Origin: an uncultured bacterium
GTDB taxonomy: Bacteria > UBP6 > UBA1177 > JAKLFG01
Assembly (NCBI GenBank): GCA_937871295.1
Contig: CALMRE010000074.1
Span: 5,088 to 69,087 of the forward strand
Reading direction: 5' to 3'
Length of the DNA stretch: 64,000 bases
Shown here: positions 8,248-19,610 of the stretch, piece after piece
How positions within the stretch are numbered: the stretch's first letter is position 1
Layout of the letters: each line of letters begins with the position of its first letter
The notes under the pieces: generated by a model
Seen by the model: the letters and a program-made list of their open reading frames with translations, nothing else
Databases searched by the model: none
Told to the model about the DNA's origin: nothing
Made by a program: the position numbers and the translations under genes

Positions 8248-10680
8248 ATGACACGGCGGCTTTTCTTCACCATCTTCCTGACGGCGTTGGCGACGCTTGC
8301 CCTCGAAACGGCGTTGCCGCGCATCTTCAGCGTCACGATGTGGTATCACTACGCCTTCATGGCGGTGTCGGTGGCGATGCTCGGGATGGCGACCGGCGCG
8401 GCGAAGGTCTTCGTTGCGCGCTGGACCGAACTGGATGAGAAGGAACTGACCGGGCGCATTGCGCGGTACTCTCTCTATTTCTCGGTCGCGACGGTGCTGT
8501 CGCTCCTTGCGCTCCTTTCGATCCCCTTCGTGCCGCGGTCGACCGGCGTCGGCATCTACGCGATGGCCTTCATCTACGCCGTCGCGGCGGTCCCGTTCTA
8601 CTTCTCGGGGGTGATCGTCTCGGCGATACTCTCGACCCGTTTCATCGCGCTGGTGAGCGGCCTGTACGCCGCCGACCTCGCCGGTGCGGCGGTGGGGGCG
8701 CTCCTGTTCTTCTTCTTCCTGCGGCTGACCGACGCGGTCAGTTTTGTGATACTCGTGGCGTCGCTCCCGGCGCTCGCCAGCTATCTCCTGAATCGCCGCC
8801 GCACGGCTCTGGCCGTCTGCCTCCTGTTCGTCGCGCTGGCCGGCGCCAACCACGATGAACGCTTCTTCCGCATCGAATGGCAGAAGGTCGAGACGGGACA
8901 ACTCATCGTCGCGGTCGACACCCTCACCGAGTGGGAGGGATGGACGCCGTTCTCGCGCATCACGGTCCAGAACTACTTCGATTCGGCCTTCGGCTGGGGC
9001 ACCTCGAACGCCTTCCCCGAGGAATTCCCCGACTACAAGATAGGGCAGAAGAACCTCATCATCGACGCGGCGGCGGCGACCATCATCACGATGCGCGGCA
9101 GACCGATAGAGGATCTCCAGCACCTCCGCTACGACATCACCAACCTCGCCCATCATATCGTTCCCGACGCCCGCGTGGCGGTCATCGGCGTCGGCGGCGG
9201 CCGCGATCTTCTGTCGGCGCTCCATTTCAAACAGAAAGAGGTCTGGGGGATCGAGATAAACGAACGGATACTCGAGGCGATAACCGGGCCGTACCGCGAC
9301 TTCACCTATCCCTTCGCCGATTTTCCGAACGTACACCTCGTTCACGACGAGGCGCGCAGTTTCATCGAACGGACCGACCTCAAATTCGACATCATTCAGG
9401 CGTCGCTCATCGATTCGTGGGCGGCGACCGCGTCGGGCGCCTTCGTCCTGACCGAGAACAGCCTCTACACCGTCGAAGGATGGGAGGCGTTCCTGTCGAA
9501 ACTCTCCGACCGCGGCGCGGTGACGATGTCGCGCTGGTACTACAAAAAACGGCCGGGAGAGCTCCTGCGGCTCGCGTCGCTTGCCTACGAGGCGCTGGCG
9601 GCGGCGGGGGTCGAAAAACCGGCGGAACACATCATGCTCGCGGCGACCACCTTCTCGTTCGGTGACGATACGGGACTCTCCGACGAAGAGAAAAAGGCGC
9701 GCGCGGAGAACGCCTACGGCACCGGCACCATCATCGTGTCGAAAAAACCGTTCGACGGTGATGCGGTGAACAAGTTCCTGACCACCTGCGAACGCTACAA
9801 ATTCGAGGTGTTCCTCGCGGCGGGCTACGAGGGGGCGTCGATCTTCCAGCATATCGTCGATGGCGACCGGCGTGCGGCGATGATCGCCTCCTATCCGCTC
9901 AAACTCACCGCGCCGACCGACGATAATCCGTTCTTCTTCAACATGCTCAAACCCTCGGCGCTCCTGCAATACCGCGGCATCGAGAAGGAGGGACCGCTCA
10001 ACACCAACCTCGGTGCGGTGCGCAACCTCGTCATCCTGCTCGGCATCGTGACGGTGCTGGCGCTTCTGCTCATCGTCGTCCCGATACTTTCGGCGATGGA
10101 GCGGAAAAGCGCGGCGATGCTCCTCCATCCGTGGAGCCTTTATTTCGCCGCCATCGGCTTCGGCTTCATGCTCATTGAGATCGCGCTCATCCAGAAGTTC
10201 ACCGTCTTCCTCGGCCATCCGACCTACAGCCTGCTCGTGGTCCTCTGCACGATACTCCTCTTCACCGGCTTCGGCAGCTGGCTCGCGGGACGGCTGAAAG
10301 GGAAACTCGCGCCGGTCCACATCTTCATCCTGCTTATCGCGGTGGTGACGGCGGCGGGCGGCGTGAATATGTTCGTTCTGCCGCACCTTTCGGGTCTGCC
10401 GCTCGCGGTGCGGATACTCTACAGCGCCGGGGTGATGGCGGCCATCGGCACGGTGCTCGGGATGCCCTTCCCGACCGGGATGGCGTCACTGGAAGGGGAG
10501 CAGAAGGAATGGGGGCCGTGGCTCTGGGGGATCAACGGCGCGCTCGGCGTCGTCTCATCGGTGCTGGCGACGGCGCTGTCGCTCTTTTTCGGGATATCGG
10601 TGACCTTCTTTGTCGGGGTGGCGGCCTATCTGCTGGCGCTCGCCGCCTGCACGGCGGCCGTTGGGATCAAGCGTTCTTAG
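8248..10680 (+). CDS. Multi-pass membrane protein with spermidine-synthase-like class I SAM-dependent methyltransferase domain
   Basis: N- and C-terminal TM bundles; [41 protein letters not shown]. Confidence 0.8.
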   Translation: MTRRLFFTIFLTALATLALETALPRIFSVTMWYHYAFMAVSVAMLGMATGAAKVFVARWTELDEKELTGRIARYSLYFSVATVLSLLALLSIPFVPRSTGVGIYAMAFIYAVAAVPFYFSGVIVSAILSTRFIALVSGLYAADLAGAAVGALLFFFFLRLTDAVSFVILVASLPALASYLLNRRRTALAVCLLFVALAGANHDERFFRIEWQKVETGQLIVAVDTLTEWEGWTPFSRITVQNYFDSAFGWGTSNAFPEEFPDYKIGQKNLIIDAAAATIITMRGRPIEDLQHLRYDITNLAHHIVPDARVAVIGVGGGRDLLSALHFKQKEVWGIEINERILEAITGPYRDFTYPFADFPNVHLVHDEARSFIERTDLKFDIIQASLIDSWAATASGAFVLTENSLYTVEGWEAFLSKLSDRGAVTMSRWYYKKRPGELLRLASLAYEALAAAGVEKPAEHIMLAATTFSFGDDTGLSDEEKKARAENAYGTGTIIVSKKPFDGDAVNKFLTTCERYKFEVFLAAGYEGASIFQHIVDGDRRAAMIASYPLKLTAPTDDNPFFFNMLKPSALLQYRGIEKEGPLNTNLGAVRNLVILLGIVTVLALLLIVVPILSAMERKSAAMLLHPWSLYFAAIGFGFMLIEIALIQKFTVFLGHPTYSLLVVLCTILLFTGFGSWLAGRLKGKLAPVHIFILLIAVVTAAGGVNMFVLPHLSGLPLAVRILYSAGVMAAIGTVLGMPFPTGMASLEGEQKEWGPWLWGINGALGVVSSVLATALSLFFGISVTFFVGVAAYLLALAACTAAVGIKRS

Positions 10681-11629
10681 AACGGTACCAATCGTAGGCT
10701 TTGCGGACACCTTCTTCGAGCATCGTCTTGGGCTTCCATCCGAGCGACTGCAGTTTCGAGACATCGAGCAGTTTGCGCGGTGTCCCGTCGGGCTTGGTCG
10801 TATCCCAGAGGATATCGCCTTTGAAGCCGACCGTCTTTTTCACCAGTTCGGCCAGTTCGCGTATCGTGAGATCGACGCCGGTGCCGATGTTGATGTGGGT
10901 GTTGCGCACCTCCGTCATCCCCTTCGAGAGATCGGCGAAGTTCACTTTCTCCATCAGGAAGACGCAGGCGTCGGCAAGGTCGTCGACATAGAGGAACTCG
11001 CGCTTCGGCGTCCCGGTCCCCCAGAGCGTCACTGACTTATCGCCCTTTAGTTTCGCCTCGTGGAACTTCCGTATCATCGCGGGCATGACGTGGCTCGTCT
11101 GCAGGTCGAAGTTGTCGCCGGGGCCGTAGAGATTGGTCGGCATCACCGCGATGAAGTTGGTCCCGTGCTGGATATTGTACGATTCGCAGAGTTTGATCCC
11201 CGCGATCTTCGCGATGGCGTAGGGCTCGTTGGTGTATTCGAGTTCTCCCGTCAGTAGCGCCGGTTCGGTCATCGGCTGAGAGGCCAGTTTCGGATAGATG
11301 CACGACGAGCCGAGGAAGAGCAGTTTCTTCACGCCGTGTTTATGGGCGGCGTCGATGAGGTTGAGTTCTATGGCGAGATTATCATAAATAAAATCGGCAC
11401 GGTAGGTGTTGTTCGCGACGATGCCGCCGACGCGGGCCGCCGCAAGGAACAGGTATTCGGGTTTCTCGGCCTTGAAAAAGGCGTCGACCGCGTGACGGTC
11501 GCGCAGATCGAGTTCGGCGAGACTCCGGCCGACGAGGTTGGCGTAGACCTTCTTCTCAAGACCGCGCCACAGCGCCCCGCCGACGAGCCCCACATGCCCC
11601 GCGACATATATCTTTGCGTTCTTTTCCAT
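10667..11629 (-). CDS. fcl: GDP-L-fucose synthase
   Basis: [64 protein letters not shown]. Confidence 0.97.
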   Translation of the reverse strand: MEKNAKIYVAGHVGLVGGALWRGLEKKVYANLVGRSLAELDLRDRHAVDAFFKAEKPEYLFLAAARVGGIVANNTYRADFIYDNLAIELNLIDAAHKHGVKKLLFLGSSCIYPKLASQPMTEPALLTGELEYTNEPYAIAKIAGIKLCESYNIQHGTNFIAVMPTNLYGPGDNFDLQTSHVMPAMIRKFHEAKLKGDKSVTLWGTGTPKREFLYVDDLADACVFLMEKVNFADLSKGMTEVRNTHINIGTGVDLTIRELAELVKKTVGFKGDILWDTTKPDGTPRKLLDVSKLQSLGWKPKTMLEEGVRKAYDWYRSKNA

Positions 11630-11633
11630 CGCG

Positions 11634-12776
11634 TCAGTCCCCGAGATTGGGCCGTATCTTGTAATGGTGCTGTTTCAGGAGTTCGTCGCGCCGCGCCTCG
11701 GCCATGTCGGCGGCGGTCATCTCCTGCACCAGTTCTTCGAGCGTATGCTCCGGCACCCAACCCAGTTTCGTCCGCGCCTTGGTGGCGTCGCCGATGAGCA
11801 GTTCGACCTCGGTCGGCCGGAAGTAGGCGGCGTCGACCTTGACCACCGTGTCGCCCTTCTTGAGCGTTCCCGCCGTGCCGGCCGTCGCGATCAGCCGCGC
11901 CTCATCCAGCACCTCGATGCGGCCGACCTCGTTCTTTCCCTCGCCGCTGAAGCCGAGCGTCACGCCCAGTTCGGCGAAGGCCATCCGGACGAACTCGCGC
12001 ACCTCGGTGGTGCGGCCCGTGGCGATGACGAAATCCTCCGGCGTGTCGTGCTGGAGCATCAGATACATGGCGCGGACATAGTCCTTTGCGTGGCCCCAGT
12101 CGCGTTTCGCCCCGAGATTGCCGAGGAACAGGCACTTCTGGAGGCCGAGCGCGATGCGGACCGCGGCGCGGGTGATCTTGCGGGTGACGAAGGTCTCGCC
12201 GCGCACCGGCGATTCGTGGTTGAACAGTATCCCGTTGCAGGCGAAGAGGTTGTAGGCCTCGCGGTAGTTGACCGTTATCCAGTAGCCGTACAGTTTCGCG
12301 GCGGCGTAGGGACTGCGGGGATAGAAGGGGGTCGTCTCCTTCTGCGGCGTTTCCTGCACCAGTCCGTAGAGTTCGGAGGTCGACGCCTGATAGAAGCGGG
12401 TCTTTTTTTCAAGACCGAGTATCCGTATCGCCTCGAGGAGCCGTAGCGTGCCGAGTGCGTCGGAATTGGCGGTGTACTCGGGCGTTTCGAACGACACCTT
12501 GACATGCGACTGCGCCGCGAGATTGTAGACCTCGTCGGGCTGTACCTCCTGCATGATGCGGATGAGGTTGGTCGCGTCGGTCAGATCTCCGTAATGGAGG
12601 AAGAACTTGACCGCCTTGTCATGCCGGTCCTGATAGAGATGATCGATGCGGTCGGTGTTGAACAGCGACGACCGCCGCTTGATGCCGTGGACGGTATAGC
12701 CTTTGTCGAGCAGCAGTTCGGCCAGATAGGCGCCGTCCTGACCGGTGATGCCGGTGATGAGAGCCGTTTTTGCCAT
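11634..12776 (-). CDS. gmd: GDP-mannose 4,6-dehydratase
   Basis: [56 protein letters not shown]. Confidence 0.97.
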   Translation of the reverse strand: MAKTALITGITGQDGAYLAELLLDKGYTVHGIKRRSSLFNTDRIDHLYQDRHDKAVKFFLHYGDLTDATNLIRIMQEVQPDEVYNLAAQSHVKVSFETPEYTANSDALGTLRLLEAIRILGLEKKTRFYQASTSELYGLVQETPQKETTPFYPRSPYAAAKLYGYWITVNYREAYNLFACNGILFNHESPVRGETFVTRKITRAAVRIALGLQKCLFLGNLGAKRDWGHAKDYVRAMYLMLQHDTPEDFVIATGRTTEVREFVRMAFAELGVTLGFSGEGKNEVGRIEVLDEARLIATAGTAGTLKKGDTVVKVDAAYFRPTEVELLIGDATKARTKLGWVPEHTLEELVQEMTAADMAEARRDELLKQHHYKIRPNLGD

Positions 12777-12937
12777 GAGGAAGCCTCCCCTTCATGCAGT
12801 GGGGCGATTATAGCCGCCCCCCGATATTAGGAAAGTTTTTTGGTGTATCTCCCGGTGAGTGGACATCCGGCAAAAACATAACATGCCGAAATAAATAGGG
12901 TAAAGTGTCCGGTTCACAATTTGCTAGTAGAAAGTGC

Positions 12938-12966
12938 TTGATTTTGAGGCGGATGGAACTTACAAT
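12938..12966 (+). promoter_or_regulatory. Putative sigma70 promoter of the secreted protease
   Basis: TTGATT-17 nt-TACAAT; AGGAGG RBS follows before ATG13013. Confidence 0.5.
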
Positions 12967-13012
12967 CACGTTGCGTTGTCTAACGAAGTGACAGACGAAT
13001 AGGAGGTGCCTG

Positions 13013-15103
13013 ATGAGCAGACTATCCCTTCTGGCGGCCATTATTGCCTTGTGCGGCGCTCTGTACGGGTTCGACGATCCCCGTTCACTCGAGAACCGGC
13101 TGGTCCTCCCCGAATTCCTGACCAACCTCTACAGCGACCCGCTCGATCCCGACGGCGACAGCGAGATACAGCCCTTCATCGTCAACGGTCAGGCGACCAA
13201 CTACACGATGTATCAGGGGGCGGTCGGTCTCCTGATGAACACCTCGCAGGGGCAGGCGATCTGTACTGCGTCGCTCATCGATCCCGAGGTCCTGCTGACC
13301 GCGGGCCACTGCGTCTACCTCAAGGAGTATAACCAGTTGGTCTACGATGCCGTTTCCAATCCCTCTTCCATACAGGTCAAGAACGGCGCCAACATCATGA
13401 ACAACACCCTCGCCAGCGCTGTGCAGGTCAAGAAACACGAAGGGTGGACCGGCGAACTCGGCTGGAGCGTCAACAACGACATCGCGATGATCAAACTCAA
13501 CAAAAAGATAACCGATATCGATATGTTCGGTCTGCGCGATCTTCCCGAGGACTCGCTCGGCGAGACCGGCGTCATCGTCGGTTACGGCATCACCAAGACC
13601 GGCGCCTACGATTCGGGCATCCACCGCTGGGGCAACGCGAAGATACTCACCCGCGACAGCACGAAGAAACTCATCGAGGTCGGCAACCCGTCGGGGACCT
13701 GTCAGGGCGATTCGGGCGGTCCGTTCCTCACCACGCAGAACGGCATGCTCGTCGTGTCGGGGATCACCTCGTTCGGCGGTCAGACCTGCTACGCCGACCG
13801 TGACGGCTGGGATACGTGGGTCATCAAATACCGCGACTGGATCATCAATACCCTCATCGAGTTCACCGGCCACGGCCTGTTGAGCGGCGGCACTTGCGGC
13901 GATGGCGACGATGTCTGCTCTCAGGGCCAGACGCTCGACTGCGCGCAGGTCGACAGCAAGTACGAACCGGGGACCAGCGCCCCCTGCAACGCCGGTTGTT
14001 CGTGGTGGGACACCTCGGTGTGCGACCCGGTCTGCGGCGACGGCTTCGTTCTGCCGCCCGAGGTGTGCGAGGCGGGGATGACCGCCGACTGCGGCACCAT
14101 CGGCCAGTTCCTGCCGGGCGACACCGCGCCGTGCAACGACGCCTGTTCGGGCTACAACACCGCCTACTGCACCGCCACCCTCTGCGGCGACGGTCTCAAG
14201 GAGGGGAACGAATTCTGCGACACCGAGATGACCTCCTGCGAGACGCTCGGCGACTACAATAAATATCTCTACTCCCGCTGCAACGCAAACTGCTCCGGTT
14301 TCGATGTCTCCGACTGCGCGAACGGGACCATCCTGTGCGGCAACGGCGCGATCGAAGCGCTGGAACAGTGCGACGACGGCAACAACACCTCGGGCGACGG
14401 CTGTTCCTCGCGCTGTAAGAGCGAAGGGGACACGCCGGTCTGCGGCGACGGCGTCAAGGAGGGGGCCGAGCAGTGCGACGACGGCAATAAGGTCAACGGC
14501 GACGGCTGTTCGGCCGGGTGCCTGATCGAGGCGACCGCGGTCTGCGGCAACGGCACTAAAGAGACGGGCGAAGAGTGCGACGACGGCAACAAGGTGAATG
14601 GCGACGGCTGTTCGGCCGCCTGTCTCACCGAAGATCCGAACGCCGAGTGCGGCAACGGCGTCAAGGAGGCGGGCGAGGCCTGCGACGACGGCAATCTCAC
14701 CCCCGGCGACGGCTGTGAACCCAACTGCACACTCACCCCGGCGACCTGCGGCAACGGCGTCAAGGAGACGGGAGAACAGTGCGACGACGGCAACAAGAAT
14801 AACGGCGACGGCTGTTCGGCCGCCTGTCTCACCGAAGACCCGAACGCGGTCTGCGGCAACGGCGTCAAGGAACTGGGAGAACAGTGCGACGACGGCAACC
14901 TGATACCGGGCGACGCCTGCAACCCCGACTGCACCCTCCCGGCCAGCGGCAACGCGGTCTGCGGCAACGGCGTCCTCGAATTAGGCGAACAATGCGACGA
15001 CGGCAATCTGGTCCCCGGCGACACCTGCGATCCCGATTGCACCTACCCCGGCACCAAGCCTCCCAAGAACGGGTCGAACGGTTGCGCGCTGGTATTGTTG
15101 TAG
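13013..15103 (+). CDS. Secreted S1 (trypsin-like) serine protease with myxococcal Cys-rich (DUF4215-type) repeats and a short C-terminal GC-hydrophobic tail
   Basis: Signal peptide; activation site PF|IVNG; triad LTAGHC / NDIAM / GDSGGP; CGNG..E..E.CDDGN...GD.C repeats; ends NGSNGCALVLL. Confidence 0.9.
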   Translation: MSRLSLLAAIIALCGALYGFDDPRSLENRLVLPEFLTNLYSDPLDPDGDSEIQPFIVNGQATNYTMYQGAVGLLMNTSQGQAICTASLIDPEVLLTAGHCVYLKEYNQLVYDAVSNPSSIQVKNGANIMNNTLASAVQVKKHEGWTGELGWSVNNDIAMIKLNKKITDIDMFGLRDLPEDSLGETGVIVGYGITKTGAYDSGIHRWGNAKILTRDSTKKLIEVGNPSGTCQGDSGGPFLTTQNGMLVVSGITSFGGQTCYADRDGWDTWVIKYRDWIINTLIEFTGHGLLSGGTCGDGDDVCSQGQTLDCAQVDSKYEPGTSAPCNAGCSWWDTSVCDPVCGDGFVLPPEVCEAGMTADCGTIGQFLPGDTAPCNDACSGYNTAYCTATLCGDGLKEGNEFCDTEMTSCETLGDYNKYLYSRCNANCSGFDVSDCANGTILCGNGAIEALEQCDDGNNTSGDGCSSRCKSEGDTPVCGDGVKEGAEQCDDGNKVNGDGCSAGCLIEATAVCGNGTKETGEECDDGNKVNGDGCSAACLTEDPNAECGNGVKEAGEACDDGNLTPGDGCEPNCTLTPATCGNGVKETGEQCDDGNKNNGDGCSAACLTEDPNAVCGNGVKELGEQCDDGNLIPGDACNPDCTLPASGNAVCGNGVLELGEQCDDGNLVPGDTCDPDCTYPGTKPPKNGSNGCALVLL
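14335..15042 (+). repeat. Seven tandem coding Cys-rich repeats (CGxGxxExxExCDDGNxxxGDxC)
   Basis: Recurrent tgcggcaacggc...tgcgacgacggcaa DNA units within the protease gene. Confidence 0.9.
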
Positions 15104-15206
15104 CTTTTTGAGAGGGAAAAATACTTGACTTACGGGCATGCGCTCATAGGATTGACGATGTTTTTGTGGGGTTAACCCTTTATCATCCTTTATGGAGGTA
15201 TCGAAG

Positions 15207-16520
15207 ATGAAGAATTGGAACCTTTTCGCGATCATGATCGTCGTGGCTCTTTTCGCCGTTTCCTGCGGCGACGAAGACCCGAACACCAACATCGGCGGCA
15301 CCTGCTCCACCGAGAACGCGCTGATGTGTGAAGGCGACGCCATCCTTCAGTGCACCGGCGGCAACTGGGCCGAGATCTGGAACTGCGCCGATGAAGGTCA
15401 GGGCACCTGCACCCAGAACGGTACGGTCGCCTCCTGCACCGGCACCACCAGCGACAACACCCTTCCGACCGACACCGACACCACCACCCCGACCGACACC
15501 GACACCCCGGTCACCGGCACCTGCGGCGACAACATCACCAACGGCACCGACGTGTGTGACGGCGATCCCAAGAACTGCGTCGACATCAGCGCCTCCTACA
15601 CCGGCGGCATCGCGCTGTGCAAAGCCGACTGCACCGGTTGGGACACCAGTTCCTGTCAGGGCGCGGCCGACACCGACACCGCGACCCCCGACACCGACAC
15701 CGTGGCCAGCGGCAAGACCTGCTCCGAGATCAACACCTGCATGGGTGACTGCGCCGATCAGGCGTGTGTCGATGCCTGCTTTGCGGCCGGCACCACAGAA
15801 GCTCAGGCCCAGTACAACGCCCTGATGACCTGCGTGGAAGGCAACTGCGCCACCGAGTGCGGATCGGGCGGTTCGAACGAAGCGTGCAACACCTGCGCCG
15901 GCGAGAAGTGCCCCGACGAGATGGATGCCTGCTTCACGGTCAATGTGACCCCGTACGGCACGATGAATGCCCCGAACGCGAACATTCCCTACATCTACGA
16001 CGGCGACGGTGACGTGAACGCCCAACTTCAGGCCAACCAAAGCGGCGCGGTCATGAACGGCGTGTTCACCGGCACCTACGGCCCGAGCAAGCCGCTCCCC
16101 CCCAATGGCGGCCAGCAGACCTTCGCGTTGGCGATCCACTATGCCGCCGATGGCGCCAACCCGGCGGCCCTGCAGGTCCAGCAGCTCACCCAGACCTCAA
16201 CGGCGCTCGTGAATCCGATAATCCTTTTTCAGTTCACCACCGATGCGGTCACTCCCGGACAGTATACGGTCGATCTGACTCAGGAGGCGACGGCGCTGAG
16301 TTATCTCATCAATGTCGATGCGAACAACAATCAGTGCATGCTGGCGTTCGTGTCGGGCAGCACGGTCAATGTGACCGCGTCGACCAACACCACCGCGCCC
16401 AGCGGCGGTTCGATCACCTTCAACGCCACGAATCTCAAACTCTACCATCCGACCGAGACCCCCTTCGGCGACATCTCCGCCGACCTTGGCCAGCAGATCA
16501 CCATCTGCGTGAAGGAATAA
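15207..16520 (+). CDS. Cys-rich surface lipoprotein
   Basis: GGAGGT RBS; lipobox AVSC; PTDTD linkers; a Cys-rich module (CGD...C..DCTGWDTSSC) like those in the upstream protease. Confidence 0.8.
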   Translation: MKNWNLFAIMIVVALFAVSCGDEDPNTNIGGTCSTENALMCEGDAILQCTGGNWAEIWNCADEGQGTCTQNGTVASCTGTTSDNTLPTDTDTTTPTDTDTPVTGTCGDNITNGTDVCDGDPKNCVDISASYTGGIALCKADCTGWDTSSCQGAADTDTATPDTDTVASGKTCSEINTCMGDCADQACVDACFAAGTTEAQAQYNALMTCVEGNCATECGSGGSNEACNTCAGEKCPDEMDACFTVNVTPYGTMNAPNANIPYIYDGDGDVNAQLQANQSGAVMNGVFTGTYGPSKPLPPNGGQQTFALAIHYAADGANPAALQVQQLTQTSTALVNPIILFQFTTDAVTPGQYTVDLTQEATALSYLINVDANNNQCMLAFVSGSTVNVTASTNTTAPSGGSITFNATNLKLYHPTETPFGDISADLGQQITICVKE

Positions 16521-16542
16521 CCGGACCTTTTTCCGTACCTTC

Positions 16543-16575
16543 GGGCCCTCCCCGCGCGGGAGGGCCCTTTTTTTT
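16543..16575 (+). terminator. Rho-independent terminator
   Basis: gggccctccc-cgcgc-gggagggccc hairpin followed by T8. Confidence 0.9.
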
Positions 16576-16633
16576 GCTATCGCTTTTCGCCGCGCTATAA
16601 TCACACCGTCATTCGTGAGGAAAAGGAGGAGCG

Positions 16634-17809
16634 ATGCGACTGTTCACCAAAGAGGAACTGCTGTGGCGCGGCGGTCGTTTCCAGAAGCGGCTCGGCGAGG
16701 CCGGCATCGGTGCGGCGCTGCTGACCGCCAACAGCGATCTCTATTACTTCACCGGATCGGTACAGCGCGGGATGGTCATCATCCCGGCGACCGGCGAACC
16801 GCGCTACTTCGTGCGGAAATACCTTGACCGGGCGCTGCGCGAATCGCCGCTTGCGGTCGAACCCTTCGACGCGGCGGCGGTCACCGCCCTATTCCGGGGG
16901 GCGGACGCGGTCGGGTTCGCGGCCGACAGCATGACGGTGGCGGAATACGAGTTCCTGAAAAAGAAACTGCTTCCCGCGGGGGCCGAACTGCGCGATATGT
17001 CCCTGCCGCTCGCCCTGACCAAGATGGTGAAAAGCGCCGCCGAGATCGCGCTCCTCGAAAAGGCGGCCGCCATCAACCGGGCGGTCATGCGGCACGCGAT
17101 CGAAAGTTTCCGCCCCGGGATGCGCGATATCGATATGCAGGTGACGCTGGAATCGTACGCCCGGCGCGAACTGGGGCATCAGGGTTCCTTCTGGCTGCGC
17201 GGCCCCAACATGGAGGCGGCGCTGTCGCTGGTGGTCACCGGCACTTCCGCGCTCGAACCGACCTATACCGATTTTCCCATCGGCGGCCGGGGGCTTTCCC
17301 CGGCGGTCGCGCAGGGGGCGTCGGGCGAAACGATAGTGCGCTCTTTCGTCGTCGATTTCATCGGCACCGCCCACGGGTACAATGCCGATTCGACCCGCAC
17401 CTTCTTCGTCGGCCGCCCGGAGGAACGGATCGGGGATATGTATCGTGAACTCGTCGGTTTTCTCGATCGCGTCGTCTCCTTCATCACCCCCGGGGTTACC
17501 GGCGAAGAGGCATGGAACTACGCGACCGCGCTGGTCGCCGAATGCGCGTGGCATGACTGGTTCATGGGGCTTGAAACAAAGGTCCGGTTCCTCGGCCACG
17601 GTATCGGGACCGAGGTGAATCAACTGCCGGTCATCGCCGCGAAACAGGCGGTCCCGTTCGCCGACGGGATGACCGTGGCTATAGAGCCGAAGATATTCGT
17701 CCCCGGCTGGGGCATCGTCGGTATCGAGAACACCTACCTCATGGAGGGCGGACGGCTCCGGGTCCTGACCGGCGGCACCGAGACGCTCGAAGAGGTCACC
17801 ATCGGATAG
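16634..17809 (+). CDS. Xaa-Pro peptidase family protein (M24)
   Basis: Creatinase N domain (DLYYFTG); VVDF...GYNADSTRTF; GHGIG; IEPK; GIENT. Confidence 0.9.
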   Translation: MRLFTKEELLWRGGRFQKRLGEAGIGAALLTANSDLYYFTGSVQRGMVIIPATGEPRYFVRKYLDRALRESPLAVEPFDAAAVTALFRGADAVGFAADSMTVAEYEFLKKKLLPAGAELRDMSLPLALTKMVKSAAEIALLEKAAAINRAVMRHAIESFRPGMRDIDMQVTLESYARRELGHQGSFWLRGPNMEAALSLVVTGTSALEPTYTDFPIGGRGLSPAVAQGASGETIVRSFVVDFIGTAHGYNADSTRTFFVGRPEERIGDMYRELVGFLDRVVSFITPGVTGEEAWNYATALVAECAWHDWFMGLETKVRFLGHGIGTEVNQLPVIAAKQAVPFADGMTVAIEPKIFVPGWGIVGIENTYLMEGGRLRVLTGGTETLEEVTIG

Positions 17810-17822
17810 GGGGAGCGGCGTC

Positions 17823-19610
17823 ATGGAATTCTTCAAGAGTGTCTTCCGGTTTTTTGTCGTGATGTTCGCGCTGTTCGGTCTGCTCGTCTTCCTGCTCATC
17901 GCGGGCGGCGTGACCGCGGCGGTCAATTATGCGAAGAAGCAGGATATGCTCGCGCCCGCCGAGGCGATCCTGACTCTCACCATTGACGGCCGCATCGTCG
18001 AGAACGCTTCGCGCGATATCGTCCTTTCGGAGATTATCGGTCCGTCCGTCACGGTGTTCGACGCCGTGACACGGCTCGAACAGGCGGCGGCCGATCCGAA
18101 CATCAAAGGACTGCTCGTCCGCATCGCCGCACACGAACTTTCCTACGCTCAGGTGCAGGAACTGCGCGATGCGGTCCATGCCTTCCGCAGGTCGGGTAAA
18201 CCGGCGGTGGTCTATGCCGACACCTTCGGCGAACTCACCCGCGGACTCCCTTCCTATTACCTCGCCGCAGCTTTCGACGAAATATACCTCCAGCCCGCGG
18301 GGATGGTCGACATATCGGGCGTCGCCGCCGAAGGGCTGTTCCTGAAGGGACTGCTCGCCAAACTCGGCGTCGAACCGATCGGCGAGACCCGCAAGGAATA
18401 TAAGAATGCGTGGAACATCTTCACCGAGGATAAGTACACCGCTCCGCACCGCGAGGCGGTCGAACGGCTGCTTGCCTCGACTTTCGACCGCGCGGTCAGC
18501 GATATCGCCCGCGATCGCGGCGTCGATCCGGCGGCCCTGCGCGCGCTGGTTGACCGCGCTCCTCTTTTTTCGGCCGAAGCGCTGGCGGCGAAACTCATCA
18601 CCGGGGTGAAATACCGCGACGAGGTGCTGGCGCTGATGGAACAGAAGGCCGGCTGCGCCCGCTACCAGCCGCTGGCGCGCTACACCCCTTCGCCGTTCGA
18701 CGGGCTGGGTTCGCAGCCCACCGTCGCGGTGGTCGTCGCCGAAGGCGAGATCCGGCGCGGCCGGGGCGAGACCGATCCGTTCGGCCGGCGCAATACGATA
18801 GGTTCCGACACGACGGCCAAGGCGATCCGCGACGCGGCGGCCGATCCCGAGGTGCAGGCGATCGTTCTGCGGGTCAATTCGCCGGGCGGGTCGGTGGTCG
18901 CTTCCGAAACGATCTGGCATGAGGTCGTCACGGCGGTCAGGAACACCGAAAAACCGGTCATCGTTTCGATGGGCTCGCTCGCGGCCTCGGGCGGTTACTA
19001 CATTTCGATGGCGGCCGACCATATCGTCGCCCAGCCCGCCACCATCACCGGGAGCGTCGGGGTCATCGTCGGCAAATTCTACACCCCCGAGATGTGGAAG
19101 AAGCTGGGGATCACCTTCGATGCGGCGCAGATCGGGGCGAATGCCCGGCTCTTCTCCTCCAACACGCGGCTGGACGAGAAACAGCAGGCGCTTCTCGACC
19201 GGGTGCTCGACGATGTGTACGACACCTTCGTGACGCGCGCCGCCGACGGCCGGAAAAAGAAGCCCGAAGATTTCGAACAGTACGCAAAAGGCCGGGTTTG
19301 GACCGGAGAGGACGCCAAGGAGCGGGGGCTGGTCGACGAATTGGGCGGCTACGCGCAGGCCTTCGATGCGGCGCGGCAGCGGATCGGACTCCAGCCCGGA
19401 GCGCCCCTCTCGTTCAAGTTCTACCCCGAAGAGCCGCGCCTCTTCGACTATCTGTTCGACCGCGCCGGAGACGACGAAGCGGCGGCCGGAGCGGGACTGC
19501 TGTCGGATATCGCCGGGATCCTGCGGCGCATCGCGGCGCTCGCGGCGCTCATCGAAAAGGCTGAACAGACAGGGTTGCGGCTCGAGAGCGAGCCGGTCGA
19601 CATCCGCTAA
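17823..19610 (+). CDS. sppA: Signal peptide peptidase SppA (67K type)
   Basis: N-terminal TM; two S49 domains; EYKNA; LRVNSPGGS; SMGSLAASGGY; TITGSVGV; GRVWTG. Confidence 0.92.
   Translation: MEFFKSVFRFFVVMFALFGLLVFLLIAGGVTAAVNYAKKQDMLAPAEAILTLTIDGRIVENASRDIVLSEIIGPSVTVFDAVTRLEQAAADPNIKGLLVRIAAHELSYAQVQELRDAVHAFRRSGKPAVVYADTFGELTRGLPSYYLAAAFDEIYLQPAGMVDISGVAAEGLFLKGLLAKLGVEPIGETRKEYKNAWNIFTEDKYTAPHREAVERLLASTFDRAVSDIARDRGVDPAALRALVDRAPLFSAEALAAKLITGVKYRDEVLALMEQKAGCARYQPLARYTPSPFDGLGSQPTVAVVVAEGEIRRGRGETDPFGRRNTIGSDTTAKAIRDAAADPEVQAIVLRVNSPGGSVVASETIWHEVVTAVRNTEKPVIVSMGSLAASGGYYISMAADHIVAQPATITGSVGVIVGKFYTPEMWKKLGITFDAAQIGANARLFSSNTRLDEKQQALLDRVLDDVYDTFVTRAADGRKKKPEDFEQYAKGRVWTGEDAKERGLVDELGGYAQAFDAARQRIGLQPGAPLSFKFYPEEPRLFDYLFDRAGDDEAAAGAGLLSDIAGILRRIAALAALIEKAEQTGLRLESEPVDIR

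Noticed and set aside
8203..10386. Long antisense/alternative-frame ORFs (also 17796..20060, 21685..23505, 24691..26895, 38258..39862, 46502..48304 and others)
   Set aside because: They are shadows of well-supported genes in high-GC DNA, with R/G/A-rich low-information translations and no motifs.
10667..12776. Polysaccharide/O-antigen cluster around gmd-fcl
   Set aside because: No glycosyltransferase, flippase or polymerase is adjacent; only the nucleotide-sugar pair is present.
12909..12925. Possible sigma54 promoter CGGTTCACAATTTGCT
   Set aside because: GG-N10-GC spacing fits, but the -24 element is poor and a better sigma70 promoter lies just downstream.
14335..15042. Regular repeats that could be taken for a CRISPR array
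   Set aside because: They are degenerate in-frame coding repeats of a Cys-rich domain; there are no unique spacers and no cas genes.
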